Part shown: piece after piece, positions 1-8,965 of the stretch | Position numbering within the stretch: the first letter of the stretch is position 1 | How the letters are laid out: each line of letters opens with the position of its first letter | Virus record (IMG/VR): IMGVR_UViG_2874945390_000004 | DNA: 33,121 nt | Origin: a virus | Lineage: Duplodnaviria; Heunggongvirae; Uroviricota; Caudoviricetes | Direction: 5' to 3' (one strand) | Program-made: the position numbers and the translations under genes | Notes under the pieces: generated by a model | Told to the model about the DNA's origin: nothing | The model's input: the letters and a program-made list of their open reading frames with translations, nothing else | Databases searched by the model: none

Positions 1-318
1 ATGAAAAAGATAGCTGCTATATCATTAATTAGTATTTTTCTTATATCTGGTTGTGCTGTGCATAATGATGAAACAAGTATCGGTAAATTTGGTCTTGCAT
101 ATAAAAGTAATATTCAGCGTAAACTCGATAACCAATACTACACCGAAGCCGAAGCTTCTTTAGCCAGGGGCAGAATATCTGGTGCAGAAAATATAGTAAA
201 AAATGATGCAGCCCATTTCTGTGTTACTCAGGGCAAAAAAATGCAGATAGTTGACCTGAAGACAGAAGGTGCAGGATTACATGGCGTCGCTCGTCTGACA
301 TTCAAATGTGGAGAGTGA
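1..318 (+). CDS. yegR: Putative lipoprotein, YegR-like host gene (105 aa)
   Basis: Full ORF with a lipoprotein-type signal peptide and lipobox (LISGC). Size and position opposite cyaR/yegQ match the E. coli yegQ-cyaR-ogrK-yegZ-yegR locus as recalled. GC content is host-like. Confidence 0.6.
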   Translation: MKKIAAISLISIFLISGCAVHNDETSIGKFGLAYKSNIQRKLDNQYYTEAEASLARGRISGAENIVKNDAAHFCVTQGKKMQIVDLKTEGAGLHGVARLTFKCGE

Positions 319-488
319 GAATATTTTTTGGTAAGCGTCAAACATGCGCGTTCTGGCTGTGCGTAGCCGGAACCTGGGCGAGCACGATACCGTTACGTGA
401 AAGGCATTGTGCTATGAAGGGGGATTCTATCGATGTGGTCAATGGAAGACGGTTATCAGGGATCAATCCTTCTTTACAGCTTATGTAC

Positions 489-515
489 AAAAAATAAGCC
501 CGTGTAAGGGAGATT
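489..515. repeat. attL core: 27-bp direct repeat identical to 31589..31615
   Basis: AAAAAATAAGCCCGTGTAAGGGAGATT occurs exactly at 489..515 and 31589..31615, bracketing the phage gene block with int adjacent to the left copy. Confidence 0.8.
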
Positions 516-594
516 TAGGGTGTCACCAGTAGGGGCTTTCAACGGTACAATGCGGGTTTGAGCGGCATAAATTACCACTGAAAGCCCTTAAACG

Positions 595-1608
595 TTACTC
601 TACTGTGGACACTGTGTGGACACTCTCGGCTTCAGTACCACCTCTTAGCGGATTAAGAGAAATGGCGTCCTGAAGGTACTCTGGCGCAAAATGAGCGTAA
701 ACCATAGTTTGCTCAATCCGCGTGTGACCTAGTATCCGTTGTAGCGTGATAATACTTCCTCCATTAATCATGAAATGAGTGGCAAAGCTGTGCCTTAGTG
801 CATGTGTGGCTTGCCCCGTTGGCAAATCCGGTTTTATTGCTTTCATTGTTCGTCTGAAGCGAGGGTAATCAGCATCAGGGAATAAAAAACCTCGTTTGTT
901 ATCCGCGATCATTTTGGCAACAGCCTCTGAGATCGGGACGGTGCGTGGTTTGTTTGTTTTCGTTTTAACAAACGTGACGCGGTTATGGATGATATTTTCT
1001 GCTTTCAAACGAGCTGCTTCTCCCCAACGTGCTCCTGTACTCAGGCAAAGAATCGCAATCTTTTTGTTGTCGCCGTCAAGTGCTGCAAGCAGTAAGGCAA
1101 TTTCTTCCTGTGTGAGATAGCCTGTTTCTGGTTTTTCCTCCTTAAGCCTCTTTGTCCCTCTGATAGGGTGCTCACCAAAGAATAACTCCGCTTCAATCAG
1201 GGCTGTAAACATGCCGCTAATACATGTTAAATCACGATTGATACTCGAAGGTTTAATACCCTGACTTCTTCGGGTGGCGCAGTACTGGCTGATAAGGGAT
1301 TTCGTGATTTGAAATGCGCATGGGTCATTCGTTATTTTTGTGAAGATTTCAATTTTTCCAAGATTAGATTTCCCATGCTCTTCGTGTTTACCCTTTAAAT
1401 CCCACCAGATCTGGGTCAGTTCCGACAGACGTCGTTTGTCTGTTGGTTTTGATAGCCATTCTTTATTGTGGTGGTTGTACAACGTGTATTTTTCGAAAGC
1501 GACAGCTTCGCTTTTCTTATCAAACTTCCTACGGATGCGTTTTCCGTTACGTCCAGTAGGGCGGATGTCCACTTCATATCGACCATCATCGAGTTTTTTG
1601 ATTGCCAT
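595..1608 (-). CDS. int: Tyrosine integrase, P2 Int-like (337 aa)
   Basis: 337-aa ORF beginning MAIKKLDDGRYEVDIRPTG with C-terminal catalytic R..HxLRH..Y residues; GGAGGG ribosome-binding site upstream; lies next to attL. Confidence 0.95.
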   Translation of the reverse strand: MAIKKLDDGRYEVDIRPTGRNGKRIRRKFDKKSEAVAFEKYTLYNHHNKEWLSKPTDKRRLSELTQIWWDLKGKHEEHGKSNLGKIEIFTKITNDPCAFQITKSLISQYCATRRSQGIKPSSINRDLTCISGMFTALIEAELFFGEHPIRGTKRLKEEKPETGYLTQEEIALLLAALDGDNKKIAILCLSTGARWGEAARLKAENIIHNRVTFVKTKTNKPRTVPISEAVAKMIADNKRGFLFPDADYPRFRRTMKAIKPDLPTGQATHALRHSFATHFMINGGSIITLQRILGHTRIEQTMVYAHFAPEYLQDAISLNPLRGGTEAESVHTVSTVE

Positions 1609-1723
1609 CAGAAAACCCTCCGAGTGGTACTTTTTTTTGCTACTACTAATCGCTTTTTTCGTGGTGGCTGAAATTTAGCCACCAATAGTAGGCACTTGTG
1701 ATGAATATATTCACGATAAATTG

Positions 1724-2023
1724 TTAACCAGTCTTTTGACCGGAGTGGGGCGACGTTGTTTCGTTTTGCCCAAAGTGTGCGAGAGCGGGCGCAATTTGCC
1801 CGGCTTCTGGAGCTACCTGATCAGTCATGAACCACAAAGTATATTTAGTAAATCTGGGATGTTGTAAGACCTTCATTATGGCTTCAACTCCAGCGTTTTT
1901 TGACCGGCTCTCATAGCTCGAAAGTGAGCTGTAGGCTACACCAGTTAATTCACTGAATTCTTTACGGTTTAACCTTTCAGATTCACGGATTAGCTTCAAC
2001 TTCTCCGAAACGTCTATTGACAT
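1724..2023 (-). CDS. C: Immunity repressor C (99 aa, HTH)
   Basis: Start chosen at the internal ATG (MSIDVSEKLKLIRESE...) with a GGAG ribosome-binding site. The C-terminus QIAPALAHFGQNETTSPHSGQKTG matches P2 C as recalled. Divergent from cox. Confidence 0.85.
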   Translation of the reverse strand: MSIDVSEKLKLIRESERLNRKEFSELTGVAYSSLSSYESRSKNAGVEAIMKVLQHPRFTKYTLWFMTDQVAPEAGQIAPALAHFGQNETTSPHSGQKTG

Positions 2024-2100
2024 AATTACTCCGATTGCGTAATTTCTTGCTGATAGTGTGAAATGTTGTGCTTCTGGAGTTATCCTTTTAGGCAATAATT

Positions 2101-2119
2101 AGCCATTAGGAGCCATTAG
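2101..2119 (+). promoter_or_regulatory. Tandem direct repeat AGCCATTAG-G-AGCCATTAG in the C/cox switch region; candidate C operator half-sites over the early promoter
   Basis: Two exact 9-bp direct repeats 10 bp apart, 26 bp upstream of the cox ATG. P2 C is known to bind directly repeated half-sites at the early promoter; the exact operator assignment is inferred. Confidence 0.45.
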
Positions 2120-2144
2120 AAGCACTAAGGGAGAATCGTAGCAG

Positions 2145-2420
2145 ATGAATAGACAGCTTGTAAGCGTGACTGATGCCGTGCCTTATCAGGAGTTTGCAAA
2201 ACTCATTGGTAAAACTCCAAGAGCTGTAAGGGGCATGATTGAGAAAGGGAAATTACCAGTTATTGAGATTACTGACCCTCAGTCAGTATCGGGGCGTGCT
2301 GGTGAATATTGGGTATACCTTCCGGCATGGAATAACGGACTAAAACTGGCTTATGAAAGCCGTCCTAAAGAGATTCGTGACGGCTGGTTGATGTGGTTAG
2401 GTCTCGGTGAACCACGTTAA
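2145..2420 (+). CDS. cox: Cox (excisionase / control of excision, 91 aa)
   Basis: 91-aa ORF divergent from C with an AAGGGAG ribosome-binding site; size and sequence (MNRQLVSVTDAVPYQEFAKLIGKTPRAVRGMIEKGKLP) match P2 Cox as recalled. Confidence 0.9.
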   Translation: MNRQLVSVTDAVPYQEFAKLIGKTPRAVRGMIEKGKLPVIEITDPQSVSGRAGEYWVYLPAWNNGLKLAYESRPKEIRDGWLMWLGLGEPR

Positions 2421-2430
2421 GGAGAACCGT

Positions 2431-2601
2431 ATGAATGAGCCTCGTTGTATTGCTCAGTTATTGCGTAACGAAAGCCCCAGGGCGATTGACTTCACCATCA
2501 CCCACGGTAAGGGGCGTAAGGGAATCATTATCCGCACCAAAAAACAGAGTCCGGTAAAAAAGGCTCTGACCTTTCTGAAAAGCCGGAGGGTCTGGAAATG
2601 A
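2431..2601 (+). CDS. Hypothetical small early protein (56 aa)
   Basis: ATG preceded by a strong AAGGAG ribosome-binding site at 6-nt spacing; its stop overlaps the B start (ATGA). Function unknown. Confidence 0.55.
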   Translation: MNEPRCIAQLLRNESPRAIDFTITHGKGRKGIIIRTKKQSPVKKALTFLKSRRVWK

Positions 2602-3098
2602 CAGTGATGACGCTCAATCTCGTTGAAAAACAGCCAGCAGCTATGCGCCGGATAATTGGTAAGCATCTTGCCGTTCCTCGCTGGCAGGATACATGTGATT
2701 ATTATAATCAGATGATGGAGCGCGAACGGTTAACGGTTTGCTTCCATGCTCAGTTAAAACAGCGTCACGCAACGATGCGTTTTGAAGAAATGAACGACGT
2801 CGAACGTGAACGACTGGTATGTGCAATTGATGAATTGCGCGGGGCATTCTCAAAACGCCGTCAGGTTGGCGCAAGTGAGTATGCATATATTAGTTTTTTA
2901 ACAGTCAGTCAGCGTCGCACTTTATTTATGCACGCACGACTGACAGAAAAAGAATTTAACCAGCCATACTGGCGAATTAATGAAGAATCATGTTACTGGC
3001 GTGATGCTTTATTCCGTGCATTACGTGAATTATTCAGTCTGTTTGAGTATGCACCGACAATTCTGACGTCGGTAAAACCAGAGCAATATCTGCATTAA
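2598..3098 (+). CDS. B: Replication protein B (166 aa)
   Basis: 166-aa ORF MTVMTLNLVEKQPAAMRRIIGKHLAVPRWQD... matching P2 gpB in size and sequence as recalled. Confidence 0.9.
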   Translation: MTVMTLNLVEKQPAAMRRIIGKHLAVPRWQDTCDYYNQMMERERLTVCFHAQLKQRHATMRFEEMNDVERERLVCAIDELRGAFSKRRQVGASEYAYISFLTVSQRRTLFMHARLTEKEFNQPYWRINEESCYWRDALFRALRELFSLFEYAPTILTSVKPEQYLH

Positions 3099-3161
3099 GT
3101 AATTAACCAGAGTTTTTAACGCACTTAATCGTGCGGGGCTTCTTTTTGCCTGGAGAAAGTC

Positions 3162-3386
3162 ATGCATACAGTTTCTGAAAATCAGTGCGGTAAATACGCA
3201 TTACTGCTGCAACAGGCCAGAACCGAAGCACAGGCTGATGCTGCGACGCGCTTTTCTTCTCATCTTGACGCCATGATTCGCCACATCACAAAGGCGGAGT
3301 TATCCCGCGTGGAGATAGTCGAGCTGCTCAGTCAGGAGTCGGAAAAATTTCACAACATCGGATTGTCTCGCGGGGAGGTGCTTTGA
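3162..3386 (+). CDS. Hypothetical early protein (74 aa), P2 orf80 position
   Basis: ORF with a GGAGA ribosome-binding site in the B-to-A interval, where P2 has four small ORFs (orf80 to orf83). Confidence 0.6.
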   Translation: MHTVSENQCGKYALLLQQARTEAQADAATRFSSHLDAMIRHITKAELSRVEIVELLSQESEKFHNIGLSRGEVL

Positions 3387-3688
3387 TGTCCTGTTCTCGT
3401 TCAGTTGTTTTACTGAACAATGCCTTAAAAATCGCCGTTATGAAAAATGGCGATTTGTCTCTTATTCAACTTGGTCTTGATAAAGAAAAACGCGAAATAA
3501 CTGAATCTGTTATCGCGATTTATCAGAGTGAATTAAACCTCCTGTCTGATGTGGTCAATTTACTTGTTAAACGCGCTGTATTTCACAAGCAAATTTCCTC
3601 CGTGGATGAACTGACGAAATTAACGACAGAAATCGCCAGCTATTGCGCTGATGAATTTAAAAAACTGAACGACAAAAGGAACTGGTAA
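3383..3688 (+). CDS. Hypothetical early protein (101 aa), P2 orf81 position
   Basis: ORF translationally coupled to the preceding one (overlapping stop and start). Confidence 0.6.
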   Translation: MMSCSRSVVLLNNALKIAVMKNGDLSLIQLGLDKEKREITESVIAIYQSELNLLSDVVNLLVKRAVFHKQISSVDELTKLTTEIASYCADEFKKLNDKRNW

Positions 3689-3912
3689 TGCCGGACAACG
3701 TAGATTTTATTCAGGAACAACAGGCTGAATTACTGGAGCGCCAGATTAACGCGGCAAGGGTAAAACATTGCGGTGCTTCTGCGCTGGTTTGCGAAGAGTG
3801 TGACGCGCCAATACCTGCTGCCCGTCGTGCGGCTTATCCGTCAGCCACGCGTTGTGTTTCCTGTCAGGCAGTCTTTGAAGCAAAAAACAAACATTACCGG
3901 AGAACGGCATGA
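3688..3912 (+). CDS. TraR/DksA-type C4 zinc-finger protein (74 aa), P2 orf82 position
   Basis: CxxC...CxxC spacing (CEEC...CVSC) typical of the TraR/DksA zinc-finger family; start coupled to the upstream stop. Confidence 0.6.
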   Translation: MPDNVDFIQEQQAELLERQINAARVKHCGASALVCEECDAPIPAARRAAYPSATRCVSCQAVFEAKNKHYRRTA

Positions 3913-4184
3913 GTATTCGTATTGAAATTGGCGAACGTTATGTCGTTACCAGTGACAGCTTTCAGTTTATTCTCCACGAGAAAAAGAGAGCGGAAAGCGG
4001 TAAAAACGCCGGTCAGGAATGGCTGTCGGTGGTTGGTTATTACCCGAAATTAAGCCAGCTCGTTTCCGGCCTGATGCATCACGATATTCTGACCGGAAGC
4101 GCAAAGTCTTTTGCTGATTTAAACGCGCAGGTTGAGCAACTCAGCAAGCGTTGTTCAGAGGCTTTTGGCTCATATGGCCGTTAA
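3909..4184 (+). CDS. Hypothetical early protein (91 aa), P2 orf83 position
   Basis: ORF whose last codons overlap the start of A. Confidence 0.6.
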   Translation: MSIRIEIGERYVVTSDSFQFILHEKKRAESGKNAGQEWLSVVGYYPKLSQLVSGLMHHDILTGSAKSFADLNAQVEQLSKRCSEAFGSYGR

Positions 4185-6459
4185 AGCCTCCGGGCGTTTT
4201 GTCCCTCCGTCAGCATTTGCCGCAGGCACCGGTGAGACGTTTACCGGTGCTTATGCATGGAACGCGCCACGCGAGGCCGTCGGGCGAGAAAGACCTCTTA
4301 CACGTGACGAGATGCGTCAGGTGCAAGGTGTTTTATCCACGATAAATCGCCTGCCTTATTTTTTGCGCTCGCTGTTTACTTCACGCTATGACTACATCCG
4401 GCGCAATAAAAGCCCGGTGCACGGGTTTTATTTCCTCACATCCACTTTTCAGCGTCGTTTATGGCCGCGTATTGAGCGTGTGAATCAGCGCCATGAAATG
4501 AACACCGACGCGTCGTTGCTGTTTTTGGCAGAGCGTGACCACTATGCACGCCTGCCGGGAATGAATGACAAGGAGCTGAAAAAGTTTGCCGCCCGTATCT
4601 CATCGCAGCTTTTCATGATGTATGAGGAACTCTGCGATGCCTGGGTGGATGCGCATGGCGAAAAAGAATCGCTGTTTACGGATGAGGCGCAGGCTCACCT
4701 GTATGGTCATGTTGCTGGCGCTGCACGTGCTTTCAATATTCCCCCTCTCTACTGGAAAAAATACCGTAAAGGGCAGATGACCACGAGGCAGGCATATTCT
4801 GCCATTGCCCGTCTGTTTAACGATGAGTGGTGGACTCATCAGCTTAAAGGCCAGCGTATGCGTTGGCATGAGGCGTTACTGATTGCTGTCGGGGAGGTAA
4901 ATAAAGACCGTTCACCTTATGCCAGTAAACATGCTATTCGTGATGTGCGTGCGCGCCGCCAGGCAAATCTGGAATTTCTTAAATCGTGTGACCTTGAAAA
5001 CAGGGAAACCGGCGAACGCATCGACCTTATCAGTAAGGTGATGGGCAGTATTTCTAATCCAGAAATTCGCCGGATGGAGCTGATGAACACCATCGCCGGA
5101 ATTGAGCGTTACGCCGCCGCAGAGGGTGATGTGGGGATGTTTATCACGCTGACCGCGCCGTCAAAGTATCACCCGACACGTCAGGTCGGAAAAGGCGAAA
5201 GTAAAACCGTCCAGCTTAATCACGGCTGGAACCATGAGGCATTTAATCCAAAGGATGCGCAGCGTTATCTCTGCCGTATCTGGAGCCTGATGCGCACGGC
5301 ATTCAAGGATAATGATTTACAGGCCTACGGTTTGCGTGTCGTTGAGCCACACCACGACGGAACGCCGCACTGGCATATGATGCTTTTTTGTAATCCACGC
5401 CAGCGTAACCAGATTATTGAAATCATGCGTCGCTACGCGCTCAAAGAGGATGGAGACGAAAGAGGAGCTGCGCGAAACCGTTTTCAGGCAAAACACCTTA
5501 ACCGGGGCGGTGCTGCGGGATATATCGCGAAATACATTTCAAAAAACATCGACGGCTATGCACTGGATGGTCAGCTCGATAACGATACCGGCAGGCCGCT
5601 GAAAGACACTGCCGCGGCTGTTACCGCATGGGCGTCAACGTGGCGCATTCCGCAATTTAAAACGGTTGGCCTGCCGACAATGGGGGCTTACCGTGAACTA
5701 CGCAAATTGCCTCGCGGCGTCAGCATTGCTGATGAGTTTGACGAACGCGTCGAGGCTGCACGCGCTGCCGCAGACAGTGGCGATTTTGCGCTGTATATCA
5801 GCGCGCAGGGTGGGGCAAATGTCCCGCGCGATTGTCAGACTGTCAGGGTCGCCCGTAGCCCGTCGGATGACGTTAACGAGTACGAGGAAGAGGTCGAGAG
5901 AGTGGTCGGCATTTACGCGCCGCATCTCGGTGCGCGTCATATTCATATCACCAGAACGACGGACTGGCGCATTGTGCCGAAAGTACCGGTCGTTGAGCCT
6001 TTGACTTTAAAAAGCGGCATCGCCGCGCCTCGGAGTCCTGTCAATAACTGTGGAAAGCTCACCGGTGGTGATACTTCGTTACCGGCTCCCACACCTTCTG
6101 AGCACGCCGCAGCAGTGCTTAATCTGGTTGATGACGGTGTTATCGAATGGAGTGACCCGGAGGTCGTGAGGGCGCTCAGAGGTGCATTAAAACACGGTCG
6201 GAGAACGCCAGGTCGTCAGCAAAGAAACGGAAGCCCGTTAAAACCACATGAAATTGCACCATCGGCCAGACTGACCCGGTCGGAAAGAATGCAAATTACC
6301 CGTATCCGCGTTGACCTTGCTCAGAACGGTATCAGGCCTCAGCGATGGGAGCTTGAGGCGCTGGCGCGTGGAGCGACCGTAAATTATGACGGGAAAAAAT
6401 TCACGTATCCGGTCGCTGATGAGTGGCCGGGATTCTCAACAGTAATGGAGTGGACATAA
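4174..6459 (+). CDS. A: Replication initiation endonuclease A (rolling-circle initiator, 761 aa)
   Basis: Start placed at MAVKASGRFVPPSAF (ATG 4174), giving 761 aa as in P2 gpA; contains the HUH-type region (PHWHMMLF) and an AAGYIAKYISK motif. Confidence 0.95.
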   Translation: MAVKASGRFVPPSAFAAGTGETFTGAYAWNAPREAVGRERPLTRDEMRQVQGVLSTINRLPYFLRSLFTSRYDYIRRNKSPVHGFYFLTSTFQRRLWPRIERVNQRHEMNTDASLLFLAERDHYARLPGMNDKELKKFAARISSQLFMMYEELCDAWVDAHGEKESLFTDEAQAHLYGHVAGAARAFNIPPLYWKKYRKGQMTTRQAYSAIARLFNDEWWTHQLKGQRMRWHEALLIAVGEVNKDRSPYASKHAIRDVRARRQANLEFLKSCDLENRETGERIDLISKVMGSISNPEIRRMELMNTIAGIERYAAAEGDVGMFITLTAPSKYHPTRQVGKGESKTVQLNHGWNHEAFNPKDAQRYLCRIWSLMRTAFKDNDLQAYGLRVVEPHHDGTPHWHMMLFCNPRQRNQIIEIMRRYALKEDGDERGAARNRFQAKHLNRGGAAGYIAKYISKNIDGYALDGQLDNDTGRPLKDTAAAVTAWASTWRIPQFKTVGLPTMGAYRELRKLPRGVSIADEFDERVEAARAAADSGDFALYISAQGGANVPRDCQTVRVARSPSDDVNEYEEEVERVVGIYAPHLGARHIHITRTTDWRIVPKVPVVEPLTLKSGIAAPRSPVNNCGKLTGGDTSLPAPTPSEHAAAVLNLVDDGVIEWSDPEVVRALRGALKHGRRTPGRQQRNGSPLKPHEIAPSARLTRSERMQITRIRVDLAQNGIRPQRWELEALARGATVNYDGKKFTYPVADEWPGFSTVMEWT
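6025..6044 (+). other. Candidate replication origin / gpA nick-site region inside the 3' part of A
   Basis: The P2 origin is known to lie inside the A coding sequence; GCGCCTCGGAGTCCTGTCAA matches the nick-site region as I recall it. Exact sequence recall is uncertain. Confidence 0.3.
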
Positions 6460-6911
6460 TGGCAAAAATTCACGAGGTAAAGCTGCACGCGAAATATTTC
6501 GACCTTGTGCTGGAAGGAAAGAAACGTGCAGAGTTCCGGAAAAATGACCGTAATTATGAGCGCGGGGACACGTTGATTTTGCATGAATGGGTGCAGGGTG
6601 TGTATACGGGGCGAAAGGTTGAAGCCCGGATAACAGATGTTACTGACCTGTCAGACTGGCTGGAAGATTATGTCTTGCTAAGTATTGAGCGGCTTAATAC
6701 AGGCGCATGTGAGATTGTGAACTGGAAAGAACTTAGTGAGCGTGGTCTGGTATTCAGAATTAATCATGAAATTATGCATCAGCTCGGCCTTGCTGTTATG
6801 TATGAACCAGAGACGGGGATGTCTGGCGGGGCAATGGTTGCCACGGATGGAGCATGGAACTATTCAGATGAACAGATGGAGCGTGCACAGCAAAACGGGT
6901 GGCTTGGATAA
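6459..6911 (+). CDS. DUF3850 / ASCH-like domain protein (150 aa)
   Basis: Start overlaps the A stop (TAATG). N-terminus KIHEVKLHAKYFDLVLEGKKRAEFRKNDRNYERGDTLILHEW resembles the DUF3850 (ASCH-like) fold family as recalled. Confidence 0.55.
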   Translation: MAKIHEVKLHAKYFDLVLEGKKRAEFRKNDRNYERGDTLILHEWVQGVYTGRKVEARITDVTDLSDWLEDYVLLSIERLNTGACEIVNWKELSERGLVFRINHEIMHQLGLAVMYEPETGMSGGAMVATDGAWNYSDEQMERAQQNGWLG

Positions 6912-7117
6912 TGCACAGAATACCAGGCGAGATACCGCACCATAAAACTAAAAATATCAAGCTGATGGCTATTGTTCAGCGTTTACAGCGGATTATGGTC
7001 AACGAAAATCTGACGCCGGATGAGCTGGTCGGGTGTGCCGAAATAGTACGGGATAATTACGGGCAGCTTAACTATATCGGTCAGTCCAGAGTTGCGCCAC
7101 CACCACGAAGACGATAG
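6911..7117 (+). CDS. Hypothetical protein (68 aa)
   Basis: ATG overlapping the upstream stop (TAATG); no recognisable motif. Confidence 0.4.
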   Translation: MHRIPGEIPHHKTKNIKLMAIVQRLQRIMVNENLTPDELVGCAEIVRDNYGQLNYIGQSRVAPPPRRR

Positions 7118-7340
7118 AGAACGCCGCCAGTCGTGAAACTTGTTTTCAGGGCTGGCGGGGTTGAACAACGAGCGAAGCGAGGCGTTAGTTGACAGACATA
7201 TTTTTACTGCGTTGGTGCCGGTTTTTGACGGTTGAAAGGAGTTAGGTTGGAGAGCTAACAACTTACAAATATTCAAAAGTAAGCATCCTGTTGCTAACAT
7301 GAGGTCGATTTTTTATGTGGATGATGTAAAAAGGATAGCT

Positions 7341-8072
7341 ATGGATACTATAATCGCTTTTCTATCACTCGCTTTTTTCGCTGCTTTCTTCATCGGGTTA
7401 ATCAAGCCATCACTGGTGCGAATGCCAAACCGCAAACGTGCAAGTGCGGTTTATCTCGGAGGAGGTTTTGTATTGAGCATAATTGGTTCAATACTCTATC
7501 CAACAGAAAAAAGCCAGCCAGTTGCTAAAACTGAAACATCAACCGTTGCAGAACACAAAGTCCAAAAAACATTCGAATATGGTGAAAAAACACTCAAGGA
7601 ATATCGGAACGAGTCAAAGAAAACACGACACGATATTGTGAATAGTTACATTGATTTTAAGGAAGTTCCAGCCACCGCGTCAGATGCGTTTTATGCCTGC
7701 ATGAGTGAGTATACATTTACCAAAGATGATGAGTTGAAACTCGGTGATGTTCTTGGGTGGTGCTTTAATGATTATGAAAATGACCCGAATTCACTAAACA
7801 ATAAAATCAATCTTGATACATTTCAGAGTAATTTTAGTGGTTGGGATGGTTCTTATCGTCCATTGGAAAAACTAATTAAAGATAATATGAACGATGATTC
7901 ATCTTATAAACATGTGTCAACGGTATATCATCTGGTTTTGAATAAAGACCCGCATGCCATTGTGAAAACCACGTTTCGCGGAACTAATGCTTATGGAGGA
8001 GTGGTGAAACAGACGATTGCTGCGCGTGTTGATATAAAAACTGGTAAGGTGATATCAATCATAGATAATTGA
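7341..8072 (+). CDS. Uncharacterised membrane-anchored protein (about 243 aa), cargo island 1
   Basis: AT-rich ORF with an AAGGA ribosome-binding site before ATG 7341 (alternative upstream starts at 7299 and 7314). N-terminus has two hydrophobic helices followed by a soluble domain with no motif I recognise. Followed by a terminator. Confidence 0.6.
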   Translation: MDTIIAFLSLAFFAAFFIGLIKPSLVRMPNRKRASAVYLGGGFVLSIIGSILYPTEKSQPVAKTETSTVAEHKVQKTFEYGEKTLKEYRNESKKTRHDIVNSYIDFKEVPATASDAFYACMSEYTFTKDDELKLGDVLGWCFNDYENDPNSLNNKINLDTFQSNFSGWDGSYRPLEKLIKDNMNDDSSYKHVSTVYHLVLNKDPHAIVKTTFRGTNAYGGVVKQTIAARVDIKTGKVISIIDN

Positions 8073-8081
8073 TATCTTACA

Positions 8082-8122
8082 ATGCCGACGCTGAATATTT
8101 AATTGGGTGTCGGCATTTTTTT
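8082..8122 (+). terminator. Rho-independent terminator
   Basis: 8-bp stem ATGCCGAC/GTCGGCAT followed by a run of seven T. Confidence 0.7.
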
Positions 8123-8182
8123 GACTATTAGAGCGGCAGAACCGAGATTTGTTACGTATGAGATTAGCACTGCGAGAATGTT

Positions 8183-8965
8183 ATGAAAGTTATAAACCAA
8201 CTTAAGAAGTTTGATAAGAAAAGAACGCCAGATGATGGCCGTATTAGTTTGTTATATGAAAACGCGATTAAGTATGATATGTACTCTGTATATATTAAAG
8301 ATAAAAATGATACAGAATACCTCTTTGACTGTTTGGTTGATGGGAAGATAAAGGCTTTTAAATGGGATGATGAGGAGCGTAGATTTCATATAAGTTCATA
8401 CTTGGATATTTCTGAGCTTACGCCTGATTCTTTTTTTGGTGTTTATTACTACCGTGCGCATGAGTTGCGATTTAACTCTTTAAATGATTTAACCTTTTTA
8501 AGGGAGTTGTTTTTTAGAGTGAAGTCTAATTATGAAAATATAAAGTTTAGTCGTGAAAAATATATTTATCGACAGCAAAAAAAAGAAATAATTGATGTGA
8601 TGCTTGTTCTCTCAACGATTATAAGAATGTATCGTGAACGGGATGCTGAAACTGTGTTTAGTGAGTTTTCAATAATGGCCGAAGTCGCTGGTAGTTTATG
8701 GGTATACCATGACGATAAAAACAGGATGCGTAAAGAGCTTCGTTTATGCCTGAATTCTCTTGTTCAGAATGGAGATCTTGTTGAAACAAGTAGTGGATTT
8801 AGGCTAACAGGAAAGGCACTGAACACAATATCTACATTCAATAAAGATGAGTTGCGGTACAGAGAGAATTTGAGCACTCAGAAGAAAATGTTTTGGGCTA
8901 CTTTTTTCGCAGCAGTCGGCGGCGTAGGAAGTATGATTGCAGCTATAATAGGGCTTCTAAAATGA
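8183..8965 (+). CDS. Uncharacterised protein with C-terminal transmembrane anchor (260 aa), cargo island 1
   Basis: AT-rich ORF; C-terminal hydrophobic segment MFWATFFAAVGGVGSMIAAIIGLL; no recognisable catalytic motif. Separate transcription unit after the terminator. Confidence 0.6.
   Translation: MKVINQLKKFDKKRTPDDGRISLLYENAIKYDMYSVYIKDKNDTEYLFDCLVDGKIKAFKWDDEERRFHISSYLDISELTPDSFFGVYYYRAHELRFNSLNDLTFLRELFFRVKSNYENIKFSREKYIYRQQKKEIIDVMLVLSTIIRMYRERDAETVFSEFSIMAEVAGSLWVYHDDKNRMRKELRLCLNSLVQNGDLVETSSGFRLTGKALNTISTFNKDELRYRENLSTQKKMFWATFFAAVGGVGSMIAAIIGLLK

Noticed and set aside
306-497. 63-aa ORF spanning the yegR stop and the attL core
   Set aside because: It lies across the att junction with no ribosome-binding site and odd composition; most likely a chance ORF in junction DNA.
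1663-1684. Hairpin GGTGGCT/AGCCACC between C and int
   Set aside because: Short stem without a clear U-tail in the relevant orientation. It could be an attenuator or protein-binding site but I cannot support a specific call.
6983-7300. 105-aa minus-strand ORF between the 68-aa ORF and cargo gene 1
   Set aside because: Tryptophan/serine-rich low-complexity translation with no ribosome-binding site, antisense to a likely promoter region.
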